This document shows positions 23,658 through 36,869 of a stretch of 64,000 nt of DNA, in pieces. Under the pieces are notes generated by a model that was not told the DNA's origin, did not search any database, and saw only the letters and a program-made list of their open reading frames with translations. Origin of the DNA: Haplodiscus bocki (Eukaryota); assembly GCA_965655095.1 (NCBI GenBank), contig OZ296654.1, positions 31,372,001-31,436,000 of the forward strand, written 5' to 3'. How positions within the stretch are numbered: the first letter of the stretch is position 1; every line of letters starts with the position of its first letter. Made by a program: the position numbers and the translations under genes.

Positions 23658-26600
23658 AACTATTTCGTGTATAAATCAAACCTCTACCACGCATTGTGCC
23701 GACTAAATTCTTTTTCGCCATGGATGATAACATGTTTCTTTGAAATGGGCCACAGCACTCCTGGACTTGCATACATCTATGAAAAAAATGAGAACTGAAG
23801 GAACAGCAGCAGACTCAATGGTAATTTTGGAAATCCATTGTCTTACTTGCAACATGGGACACCTAATTGACGTTGGTGATCAGAGAACAACTCTGTAATC
23901 CATAGTCAAAGACTTAGGACTAACCGTTTAGATTATGATTGCCCTTTTGAGCACCTGGATGCTATCAAGCCAAAGCTTCTCTTTTGCTGCAATTTTGTTT
24001 TCAACTTTTTAAATTGGCCATAAGCACTCGGCGGCTCTAGTTCAAAATCGCAACTAATCCAAAAAAAAAACAAAAACCCGTCCAGTCTTTCATCATTTTC
24101 CGTGATATGATCCAGTATCTAATCATGATGTACAACTGCAGAAAAGAATCTTGCTATTTATTCAGCTCCGTTCGAGAAATGCTTCCGCTAGCTCTAGATG
24201 ACTAGAGCGCTTCAATTATTTGTTTATGAACTTGTAAAATTCTTTCAATAACTTGTACTTTACACCAGCTAAATTCGAGCTTCACACAAAATTTGGGCTG
24301 GATTTCGAACCACTTGCGAGACAGAAGAATCATTTTGCAGCTAAAACTTAGGGTGTCTTGGGGTGTGATAGTTACGATAAGTCAAATGAAAAGGGGAGAA
24401 AACTCGATTTTTAATGAAGATGGCATGAGATGGAAAAAACGACCTCACTTTTCTGATTGTTTGAAATTCTATGCCTTCTCTTTTATCAATACGAGACGGA
24501 ATTATCCTGATACATCGCGAATTTCCAAAAAAAACTTGACTAAAGACTCAAAAAAATTTTAGTGACTATCCCATCGGAAGTCAAACCTTTTGCAGTAAAA
24601 CTATAAAAAAGACCATCACTGCTGCGCTATAGTGCCTTTATCTAACACAAAATTGAGTTGTTCTCGGAATGGTTCGACTCAGGCGAATCAATCGTCTTCG
24701 AAGAAATCAAGCTGAACTCGGTTGAATAGACAAACAAGACGGCCGGCTAGCACCGGCATATTTTTCGCCCAACTACAAATATTTTGATCAACTTTTGCAA
24801 ACGGTTAAAAAGAACTGTTTTGATATTAGTTTTCAAAGCGTTTTTACAAACATCAATTCGACCACTGATTTCTGTACTTTGTGCAAAGGGGTATCACGAT
24901 TGTCCGTTGAAAGATTTTTGTCTCACAGTTCCGAAAAATTTCGTCGAGGAACCCTTCTGTGTTTCAGAAAATTTCTGGTACCGAAAAGTGTTTGGGATAA
25001 GAGAGGGGGGTTTCAGGTTTTTCCGTCGAAATTGTTTTGTCTCACAATGCCGAAAACTTTCGTAGGGTAACCCTTCTGTGATGTTTCAGAAAATTTCCGG
25101 TAGCGAAAAAATTTATGGATAGGAGGGGGGGGGGGAAGTATCAAAAGTTTCAGTCGAAAATTTTTTGTCTCACAGTACCGAAAAACTTCGTAGGGGAACC
25201 CTTTTGTGCTTCACAAAATTTCTAGTATTGAAAAAAATTATGGATAGGAGAGCGGGGGAGGAGGAAGGGAGTATCACAATTTTCCGTCGAAAATTTTTTG
25301 TCTCACTGCCGAAAAGTTTCGTAGGGCAACCCTTTAGTGTCACTAATTTCGGGTATCGAAAAATTTTATGCTTCAGAGGGTTATGTCACTATTTTCTGCC
25401 GAAATTTTTTGTCTCACAGTGCCGAAATTTTCCGTAGGGGAACCCCTTAGTATTTCACTAATTTCGGGTGTCGAAAAATGTTAAGGATAAATTGTAGAAA
25501 TTTTTGGCAGGGCAGTGACTCGAACCCCGAACCTACTGCTTGAGAACCTTGTTGTCCTACGCCTACCACTGTCATTTATTTTTGAATAAAAAGAGTTGGC
25601 AATTTTGGTCAGATGAAAAAAAAAGAAAAACGACCCTACTGAATGAATAATTTTTCTTGTATATTACATACTGCGAAAAATAAAAAAACGGTATTGTTCA
25701 AATCGAAAATTAGACAACTGCCAAAATGTCAGGTGAGCCGAAAGGATCCCATTAAATCTTTTCGAGCAAGAACGCTCTTATCCATGTCATTAGTTGGTGA
25801 CGGAGTCCGAAATCAGAAGAGGATTTGGTTCGTGATCCACTGATCAAGTATTTTGCCGCTCTACAAATCAAGCCCGCTATGCGATCTGAAACAGGTGACT
25901 TAAAATATCACAATCTCGAAAGTCTATCATTCCTAGGAGAGATAGGCGCTGCAAGAGTGGCGAGAAGTTACCTCCCTGAAACACACGAACAAGTATCGCA
26001 TGATAGAATAGTGCCTCTTGTAGGATCAAGTAACGCATCGCAAATTCGTTCGAAGTCTCGAGAAATGCTGGTGCCATCTCTCCAAGAAGAAAGTTCGGAG
26101 AATACACCAGAAAAAAACGCTTGTAGTGAAAGCATGCACCTAGGACCATCTGAAAGCAACTTGAAAAACCTATCAAGCTTGGATAACAATATTGCAGTAG
26201 GAGGACTGCCAGAAATTGATCAAGTCACGAATGCGCAAGAAGGACATCCGAGAAGAATGCGTCACGATTAAAATCAACTTGAGCTTGCAAAGAGAATTCC
26301 ACAATTGCCTTCAATCCATTTCCCCGGCGGCAAACGAAGTGCCGTGACAACTTCTTACTACCGATTTCTTTTGTTTGGCGACCCTGAGAGTAATGACGTC
26401 GTTCTTTCTTTCACAACGTCCAAAAGTCAACCTAGCACCGCTCTTCAATTCTTTCCTTAAATAACTCCTGAAAAGCCCGTTCATAGTCTCTGCTCCAGTT
26501 TTACTTGCTATTCCGCGATTATAAGCCACAATCTCTTCTTACAGACTGATCATTGCCTAATTACGGGAAATAAAAAGATGTTGCCTTTGAAAATAATTCC

Positions 26601-28000
26601 TGGAAACACCACTTCAGTAGAAGAAAACTCCTTCTTCAGGTAAATTCACATCGTTGGCTGTTGCAGGCAAGAATTGACTAAACGTGAAAATACACGTCTT
26701 CAGAATCAAGAGTTCATCAATTGAACTTGGGCAATGCTTGATTGTTCACGATGTTTGCTCTGGCCAGCTATATGACGGCAGTACTACGGATGATAGTAAA
26801 TGTCGATGTAATGTTGCACCTCAGAAGAGGAGCATGCCATGAGGTTTCTGTTGACGTGCGACGAATTCCAAAAAGAAACAGCTGGAACAGATCCTATTAA
26901 GGGGTCCAACTATTTCGTGTATAAATCAAACCTCTACCACGCATTGTGCCGACTAAATTCTTTTTCGCCATGGATGATAACATGTTTCTTTGAAATGGGC
27001 CACAGCACTCCTGGACTTGCATACATCTATGAAAAAAATGAGAACTGAAGGAACAGCAGCAGACTCAATGGTAATTTTGGAAATCCATTGTCTTACTTGC
27101 AACATGGGACACCCCAATTGACGTTGGTGATTAGAGAACAACTCTGTAATCCATAGTCAAAGACTTAGGACTAACCGTTTAGATTATGATTGCCCTTTTG
27201 ATCACCTGGATGCTATCAAGCCAAAGCTATTTTTGCTGCAACTGTGTTTTCAACTTTTTCAATTGGCCATGAGCACTCGGCGGCTCTAGTTCAAAATCGC
27301 AACTAATCCAAAAGAAAACAAAAACCCGTCGAGTCCTTCTTCATTTTCCGTGATATGATTCAAGATTTAATCATGAGGTACAACTGCAGAAAAGAATTTT
27401 GTTATTTATTCAGCTCCGTTCGAGAAATACTTCCGCTAGCTCTAGATGACTACAGCGCTTCAATTTATATGTTTATGAACTTGTAAAGTACTTTCAACAA
27501 ATTGCACTTTATACACCAGATAAATTCGAGCTTAACAGAAATTGGGCTGGATTTCGAATCACTTGCGAGACAGAAAAATCACTTTACAGCTAAAACTTAG
27601 GGTGTCTTGGGGTGTGATAGTAACGACAAGTCAAATGAAAAGGGGAGAATACTCGAATTTTGATGAAGATGGCATGCGATGCAAAAAACGACCTCACTTT
27701 TCTGATTGTTTGAAATTCTATGCCTTCTCTTTTATCAATACGAGACGGAATTATCCTGATACATCGCGAATTTCCAAAAAAAAAACTTGACTAAAGACTC
27801 AAAAAAATTTTAGTGACTATCCCATCAGAAGTCAAACCCTTTGGGGTAAAACTATGAAACATACCATCACTGATACGCTATAGTACCTTTACTTAGTACA
27901 AAATTGAGTTTTTCTAGGAATGGTTCGACTCAAAAGAATCAATTGTCTTCGAAAAAATCGAGCTGATTTAACACGCGATTGCCAACTCGGTTGAATAGAC
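23651..28000. repeat. Segmental repeat copies 2 (23651-26320) and 3 (26318-28000), joined head-to-tail
   Basis: Direct sequence match to 12477-15764. Junction tcaatccATTtccccggcgg joins the unit end (15764) to the unit start (12477). Confidence 0.97.
24885..25495. repeat. Minisatellite array, 5 units of ~111-133 bp, in copy 2 of the element
   Basis: tgtctcac...gaaaa.tttcgtaggg.aaccc anchors at ~24919, 25038, 25166, 25299 and 25410. Confidence 0.9.
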
Positions 28001-29623
28001 AAATAAAAGGTGAAAAATTCCACAATACATCTACACAAAGATCAAATGTACTAATTTGCAGATGCTTTGCAATTTGTATTGTCGGTTACTCCATGGACGG
28101 AGGCATTCGCAACAAAAAAATTCGATACGATAACCTTTACCAAACGCCGGAATCGAATCGATTATTCTCGATCGGAAGTATTGGCTTTTTATTTAAAGGT
28201 AAAAAAGACGTTCCACTTCCTCCTAGATTCGTTGATATCCTAATAATCGAAAAATGGACGCACTCAGACGAATAGTCCGCCAGAAAATTAATTTCAGCAA
28301 ACACAACTGAAAACAACCTAGTTATTTATCCAATTTTTCTGTCGGTCAAAAATGAAACAGTAAATCGATGCGACTCTACAGGACCACCAGGTCGCATGAT
28401 TTTGAATTATCGCTGATTGAACGCAATCCAGTTTAGGGCCACGCAAAAAATCACCAGTCAAGAACGATACAACACAAAACGTCTTTTTCTAACTGCTTTT
28501 CAAAAAGTACTGTCGGAAACCCAAAAAACAACTTTTTTCTACGGAAATCTAGGTAAACTTGATTTTCCACTAGAATGACGAATTGCAACTACAGGTCTCT
28601 TGGTGTTTTTTAACAAACAACGCAAAGGAAAGTTTCATTAAAGTTTCAAAAAAACGGACGTTTTCCAAAGTAACACTTCGACCAAAACCAACACTACTAT
28701 ATTGCGGATGATTCAGTTCATGTTTTGAACCTGCCGTGAATGTGCTCAGTCACGACTCTGTTTTTTCAAATACACTTTTTTTTCCGAAAAATTTGAAAAC
28801 AATTTAGGTGAGTTTTGTTTTTCAACCGTTTAATTGGTCACTCCCTGAACAAAATTTCATTTTAAAAAGCGAGCATGTTAGGAAAAACCCACGTAAAACA
28901 TTATTTACAACAATGCGAGGGAGCAGAACAAAACTTTTTAGTGCCGCGTAACCAATGACTATAAAAATATCTTTCCATCCATTGCCGAAATTTAAGGGGT
29001 AGAGGAAATTGAACAAAAAGAACTGAATCACTTGCTGCGCCTGACTGGGAAGTGTAATACAGAAGGAAATGGCAATCTGCAGCAAGAGAAAAATTTTTGT
29101 GCTCCAAAAATAACATCAAAACTAATGGAAAGAACTGAAGTCTTCGTGTTCCAATTAAATGGGAGACACCGAAACAAATGTGTTTTTGTCATCTAAGTCT
29201 GATCCTGTCCATTTCATCCAGAAAGGACGCTATGATCCTAGACAGATGTGAAGGTTTCGAAGAGAGCACTTTTGACGGAAATCCCAAGTCCTAACTACTT
29301 TGATTTTCACGTGAAACTCTCACATGTGGACAATAAAAACACTCAAACAGCAGTCAGTCTCTGGAACCTTGCAGTTCTTGAGTGAACCGAAGAGTCAATT
29401 TAATGCTAAATACGGGAGATTGAGCGACACTAATCTTAGGAAAACATTTTTGTTGGGAGATGCAAGTGAAAACTTCGCTACAATTTTAACCACAAGTATA
29501 ACAATTTCCCTGCAAAAACCTTGGAGAAGATCATATCTGGTACTCTGAGCAGGCTCTGGACTGCTTGTTTTGGAACAACTCTTTGGCTGGGCCGTTTTCA
29601 GAATTTTGAACCTAAGTGATGCT

Positions 29624-29823
29624 NNNNNNNNNNNNNNNNNNNNNNNNNNNNNNNNNNNNNNNNNNNNNNNNNNNNNNNNNNNNNNNNNNNNNNNNNNNNN
29701 NNNNNNNNNNNNNNNNNNNNNNNNNNNNNNNNNNNNNNNNNNNNNNNNNNNNNNNNNNNNNNNNNNNNNNNNNNNNNNNNNNNNNNNNNNNNNNNNNNNN
29801 NNNNNNNNNNNNNNNNNNNNNNN
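29624..29823. other. Assembly gap (200 N)
   Basis: Run of N. Confidence 1.
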
Positions 29824-32800
29824 CCTATTGGCTACATGACGACATGCTCGGTCACTCGACGTGCTCACGTGACCAAACGAGAAACAAATACACAGCGCTA
29901 AGCCCTAAATTTCAGTTGCTCGCTCCCGCTCACTTGCGGGCGGAACTCGCTCACTTTTAACTTCGAACTTCTCTTCATTTTTCTCTTATTTTACCAATTC
30001 CTCTCTTTTTTGGAGCGAGCGAAATTCTTCCAAGACGTTTTCAATTTATGTTTTTACCAAACTCCTTTTGCATACCATCAAATTTTTCCGAAGACGTTTT
30101 GAAATTTTAGCTGTGGCAATTTTCAATTGCATCTGATCGAAATTAATCTCAGACATTTTCAAACTACTTGTTTGCCAAATGTCAATTGAATCTCATCGAA
30201 ACTATTCTAAGACATTTTCAAAATATGTAAATGCCAGAATTCTCCTCTCTTTGGTTAGCAAGTCCATAGTCTTGCCACTGGAGTCTGAACAGTGTCCACT
30301 AACGCTAGCTTCGGTATTAGCGTGTGTGGATTTCGTGAATGAGCTTCGGTTCTGAAGCAAGAGTGAATGTTAACCTGCACAACCCTCACAAAGTTCCTCG
30401 AAGGAGGTTTAATTCGCGTTATATAGACAAAGTCTCACCTCATCTGGTGCTGTGGTAACTTAGAAACCTGTGGAAGTTCCTAGTTACGGCTTGAACACGC
30501 AAAAACCGTCTCTTTTGCAATTATTTTCAGACTCCTTACCCATTCTCATTCTTAAACACCATTCCCCACTAACCGATTAGCCAATCCAGCGCTATCCGAC
30601 GGACCTTCATCCTGCAGTCAAAACCTACAAGTATCCTCAGCCGGCTTCGGTATTCGTAAGTTGTGTTTTTGCTCTGATCTAATAGAGGTATTATCACTAG
30701 TCATTCTCCTCTGAGAAATCGTTCTCGATAAACCGCAAAAGGATGCCGCGCCCGAGTTGAAAAGGAAGTAAGAGAAAACCACAAGGTTGCCGCTTACAGC
30801 AAGCTTTATCTGAGCAATAGATAAAACCTAACTAATTCAACTCATCCAAGAAATCAGGAAGATTTATTCACGGTTGTAAAGACGGAGATCTAAGACTTTT
30901 CGCCCAGTTGCTAAACTGAGGCAGGTTAATCGGGTTTCAAACGAACGCCTAAGAGAAATATTTAACCCTAAAAGTCAAACGCACGTTATTTCCTCGTCAA
31001 CTGTTCATGCTTGACAAAAAGAGGACCTAAGAAGCTTGACTGGGTCGACTGCTTTTATGGCATACTACCAGAGTCTGAGATGAAATTGAATTAAATAAGT
31101 CAAGTAAACTAAAAAAAACAAAACGTAAAACCGAAGCTAGGAAAAACGAATGTAATCATTCGCCCTACCCAGAAAACCAATAAAACATTTCTTCAACTTA
31201 GTCCGTAACTTTGGTACACATTTCCGCTTTCTTTGGTAAGATTTGCAAATTGATATCAATAACTTTTTTCAATTATGTATTCAATATTAAAAATTGAACT
31301 AAATTAATCCCTGTGAGTTTCATTTCTAAACTGTGAAGTATTATGATAGTGTTTTACGCAATTTCAAAATTTGATTTTATGGCAAAGCAAACACTAAAAC
31401 AGAATACATATGTGATGTGGGCTACTTCCGCAACACCTACGAAGTAGACTCAGGGGCCTATTCTATTGCCAAGAATCCCCCGGACTCCGCAAGTCCCTTC
31501 AGGTAGACTCGAAATGCCGAAGAAAGGCAACTATTGAATCGATCTGCCGACTGTCTTTTGATAACTGGTCATTTTGCAAAAGCCTGTTTTTAGAGATTTC
31601 AAATGCTTTATCATCATTGTGGTGTATCGGAGAATTCGCTGTTGCTGATTCTTCCCATACATAATCAAGAGAGAAGCACGGAAGTTTGATGTAGTCTCTG
31701 GTTCTTCAAAGGAGAAACCAAGACCGCTCGTCAGAAAGTTGGTTACAGTAGCCTACTCTTCCAGAGCCTCCACGTCCACACGGTAAAAAACCCCCAAGAA
31801 GTTATCGGACCCATCAACGCGAGCTACCGGGAAAAGAGCCGGCTCGAGCTCTGGCAAATCGGGATCAAGAGGAATTGCCATCCCGATCCTCATTTGATTT
31901 GGGCCCTGCTCTTGTACCGGAGGAGATTGTGGTGAAGTTCTGTTTGCCATTTTGTAAATCGTTACGAGAATTAAAAATGATTTTTAAGTTCGAAGTTATT
32001 ATAAAAGTTGCTACTTGATATAAATATTTTGGATTGCATACATTTCGCCCCTAAAAATCTCACCTTTCCGAATTTTTTTTTATCTTATGCACATTCACAT
32101 TTATAGGATTAGCTGCCGTTTCAGTATATTCACCAAATAAATCACCTCCTATTTTGTACTTCCTCTTCGTTCACCAAGTCCTTGCTAGTAGAACTAACGC
32201 AACTTTGTCCGCGCGGATTAAAAAGGCGAAGTTACAAAACTTATAACAGTGTGCGTTTTTGAGACTTTCTTACACGATAACGCAGACGTATGGCTGCAAA
32301 CGCCGCTTTGCAATAATAGCAAAGGCGAACAAAAGTAAATATAATTGGTAAGTAGTTTACCTACAACCACTGTACTTGCGACAAACTGGTGCAACCAGTG
32401 AGGTTCCTTGAAGGGAGTAACAATTTTTTGGTGCAATTCCGTGGAGCTATTTTTATATGGACCCCTTCTTTGACTCTTTTGCTACAGTGAGTCACATTCT
32501 CGCAAACAATTTGCTTTTCTTTTTGTTTCTACTGTTCTCTTCAAATGACCGTTTTTTTGGATTGACAATTCCTTCCCTGTTGAAATCCAACCTCCGAGAC
32601 CGAAACAGGAGATCACCTGGTGATACTTTGGACTGCTGAAACTTCCTTTAGGATGAGATGCGAAATTTTTGTAACACTTTTTTTGATCGTTGCAGTCGTA
32701 ACCTTTTTCTTCATACCTTCTTACCTTTCAGCAGTTATCCAACTACACAACATTGCCTTCAACCAGATTTCCGATATTTCAAAGTTTAGTTTCCTGGTTA

Positions 32801-35800
32801 ATGTCATCGTTGTGCTCTTTCATCTTTTTTCTCCTCCAGCAACTGGGTTTTCTTTCGGTGTTATTTGTCTTGATATCCTACAGGTCTTATACTAAAGTCG
32901 AATCCGAAGCACCTAGCCGCTACTCTTCTGGGTTATTCTTCCTTACCTGGTCAAAAGTTGGAACAGATATTGTCTTGCCAAAAAGGTTCTCATTGTGTTA
33001 TACATCCTCCAAAACTTACCTATTTTACTCAAATGCTTCGTATTTCGGCGGATACCCTAACATCCACTCTTTTGTATGTAATTTCGGCCCAATGAGAGAA
33101 GACCTGGTTCTGAATTTATATTTCCTACTGCTCGCTACCTTGGTACTACTTCTGGGACGAAGTTATTTGCTAGCTATAATAAGAGTGGTACAATTCTTGA
33201 GACAATCTACTGACTATAATTAGATGCCACAAAAATTGGAAAAAACTCCACCGGATTGGAACAACTTAGAAGACAAAAGGCAACGTACTCCAGTAAATTG
33301 CCAATAGACCATAGCTTCTAAAGACGAAAATCTGTCCGTGATCATCACTTGTTTGTAGTGCACTTCCAACTACGACTTCTGGATCCGAGTAACAATATAT
33401 CTAGAGGGAAACCCACAGATCTAGAAACAAGTAAACATATGGGAATATAGCCCTCTGCTTGAATCACTATCTGATGCACTTCCCAAATACTACGATTTTC
33501 CAGAGCCTCATCTACATTATTATCAACTTCATTTTTTTGTGGAAAAGATTGACTATTTCGACTCAAAGTATTCCTAGGTTACCAAAATGGCTGGAACTCA
33601 TCTCGCTCACCCTGACTTAGCCTTAGATAGGTTCTCTGGCACGGGTCCCGACCAAGATGCTGATTCATTTATACAACAGATCGAACGAAAAGTCATTTTC
33701 GCACTTGGACCTGACGCAGAGTGGTTACGAGAGTAACATCGAAGCGGCTACCCCTTGGATTGACATTATGACAGGGTTTATTGCATAATTTTCAGAAGGC
33801 CGGAATAAATTCGGCTGGAGGTGGAACACTATATTCGAACAGAGGGCGAGGAAATTCCAAACTTTCTCCGCCGAATCAAAAGAACTGTGGATAAAAGTTC
33901 GCCCGATGATATGACCGGAACTGCAGGATCAGAAAAAATGCCGAATGAGAAGCCCAAGCCAGGCCAAGAAGTCAACCGTATATGTACTATAGCCTAGGAG
34001 GACTCAGACTAAAATATCTTCAACGGAAAGCTCAAGACTATCCAAAGGAGCGTCCGAACCCTACTTGGAACGATATCTGTACACAAATAATGCGAAAAGA
34101 TTTGATTTTAGAAGTCTCATCCACTTTTCTATCCCATGAAGAACAAAACAAAGCAGAATTGGCGACACTTGGACAGGAGATGAAAATTTATCGATCAGAG
34201 TAGAAAAAACATCACATCAATGCCCTAGCAGTAACCGCCCGAACTTTGCATCCCGATCAATAGGGAAGACAAAAACCTGCCCGTGCCCGGTTCCGTAATT
34301 ACTGCCGTAAGATTGGAAATACACTAAAATGATGTCGCAAATAGATGCAATGCTGAGGAAGTACGAAAAGTACAACTTCACAAGTCTTCTAAAAAGAAGA
34401 CTGCTCCCATACCGCACTATTCCACAAGCAACTTCAACCGAAGACCACAAAATATTCACTCAATGAACCATTTTCCTGATCGGGAAGATAAAAGAAGGCC
34501 AACGAACGAACGTGTATCCAACGACGAACCAAATCGGCAGTTGAGGCCGAAAATTTCGCTCCTCCTGAACCAAAGTTTTTTCCAAGGAACATTGGCTTGA
34601 TTTTCAAATTGGCAGTTTTCACATCAATCGATGAGTCTGACGATGAAGCGTTTGACCCAGTGCCTATGGGCTACTAAGGCCTCCAAAGTCTTTTTGTTTA
34701 TCGTAAATCTTTTTTAAACTTTTTTTTCAACTATAGGTCAGTACATTTTCCTCTGTGCTTACACTTACTCCTCCCTCTCTTCGTCGCGTTTGAACCAACG
34801 TCAAAGGACCTTGATTGAAAAACCTGTCAGCAACTCTAACTTCTCAGTTTACTTGGGTTCTCGGACGTGAACAGACAGATCTTCGAACATTATGCCCTGG
34901 CCATATCAAAAGCCAAACAGGTTTAACTTTTCGCTGCGAAGAGAAACTAAACATACTTCAACAGCAGCACATATTCATGGAAAAATTTTCGAAATCTTCT
35001 ATCCAGATTTCAAAATACTGACAGAATAGTCAAGATCAGAATTATTGAGAATCTACTCACTGTATTACTTATGACCAAAACAGTCCGAACAACAGAGTTT
35101 GCGAACCTCTTTGTGACCTTAAAAATCTCCAGAATACTGGACAAACGGGAAAACCAAAGCTTGGACGATCTACTGGTACAAACGGACACTAATTTTGGGT
35201 TTTTCACGAAGTGTCATTGATCAACAGTCCACCCGTTATCACTTTAACTATGTGGGAATATTTCGTACATCACTTCTACCACCCTGAAACAACTGAATAA
35301 TTACAAAAACTGCGGAGTGACAAACTTCTTAATAACCTTACATGCATCCACTAAATCATTTCTTCTACAATAACGTATTCTACTTCTATCCGAATAACAA
35401 CTAAGGGGCCCAAACCTCGTTGACCAGTTAACTCTTTGCTAGCAGACGCAATGGAATCTGGCTTGACGAAGCTTTCAGGACTACAAACACCCTTGACAGA
35501 CAGCCTGGAAGTAGGCTGAGGGACTTTAAAAAACTTGATAAAATTCACGGAAGAATCTAAATTGAAGTGGCAGGTTTCGACGATCGGTCTCATTCCGGCG
35601 ACTTTTATGAAACTCTCGGCGTCATTTTACAGTAGTGGAACTGCTTTTAAAAAGTTTTTACTCCCACTTTGTGCTCGTGCTCTCAAGGCGCCAGTTTGAT
35701 ATTACGGCAGTTTTCAATATCTACTCCTCTGACAGAACAGAGAGATTTTTTCCATTTGTGAATCTGGTGGCGACGTCAGCTATTTTTTTTCTCCTGTTTA

Positions 35801-36600
35801 CTTAGTTCGAGATATAGATTACTTTCCTCGGAACTTACATTTCACATTTTCTTTGAAAATAGATGATTTTTTCTTCTCGGCCGCTGCAACCGAAATTGAA
35901 TTGAAATCCATTATGCCAGATCAACCCGACTTCATGGCAGAGATCAACGAAGTGCGTTTTTGCAGCGACGACATTCTTTTTATGTTTCCTGATTAAGATG
36001 CAGATACACGAAATTTCATTCCCTCTAGCTCTGCTTCCTCCACAATCCCAGAAGTAATATTTTTGACCTCCAAATTCTCCTACGACGTATCTTCCTAACC
36101 TGGCTTCAACTGACGAACAAAATAACCCTGATTGTACCTCACCAGTGAAGCTAGTGATAATCACCTCGCAGTTAAAGTTCCACCAACCGCAGGAGTACAA
36201 TTCGTCGGAGAAAACAGTAATGAGGATCAACACGAGCCTCCACCCGCCTATTCCTTCCCAACCGATGGTAGTCCTTTTCTATCCCGTCCTAATCAGTTGA
36301 AGCAACGCGCTGAAACCGTTGATTCAGTCCATAGCTACCAACATAGCGAAGAGTATTCTGCCTCCGAACCGACAATAATTATCCGACCTCGAATCAATGG
36401 CCGACTTCGCTACTGTTCAGAACCAGAATTCTACTCATGGGATCGTATCTTTTGGGACAACCAACTAAAAAGACTGACTATTCGGAATACCTCCTTGCCT
36501 TTCCAGCGGTTAGTTGTCCCATAACAAGCTGTCACCTCTTCTCCCTCATTGAAAACTCACACGAAGTAGCTTTTTAAACTTTGATGCATTTCTTCTTCTT
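29824..36600 (+). mobile_element. Degenerate Ty3/Gypsy-type element: LTR, PBS, long leader, gag, mostly deleted pol, env-like 3' region
   Basis: ...cacctCA-tc-TGGTGCTGTG (30445, near tRNA-His PBS). gag from ATG 33587, MAGTHLAHPDLALDRFSGTGPDQDADSFIQQIERK, and 33982-34203 YLQRKAQDYPKERPNPTWND. 3' region with PPPAY tail (36132-36524); the env call is inference. Confidence 0.6.
30025..30240. repeat. Diverged ~59 bp tandem repeat (~3.6 units) in the putative LTR
   Basis: agac(g/a)tttt(c/g)aa anchors at ~30033, 30092, 30151 and 30209. Confidence 0.8.
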
Positions 36601-36869
36601 CTTTCCCTAGAACGGCCCCATTCATTTTTCCTTTCCTTTCAATGTGGTGAATTATCGCGTTAGAGAGAACGCTCAATCCTCAGAAAAGTACAAGATAATG
36701 CGGCTGTGTCTGTTCGCTCCAAACCGAAGAAGGCGAAATAGTTGTAAAATTTGTGGCTGGCCCTCTTCAGTGATATTAAAGATGAGGACCCCTCATACAG
36801 TGCTAGCACTGAATCCTGACTGTTGTAAAACTGGGACGTTTAAAAGTGAAAACTTGCCAGAAACCTAAT

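Noticed and set aside
29395-29960. ORFs spanning N runs (also 52983-53413)
   Set aside because: Artefacts of assembly gaps.
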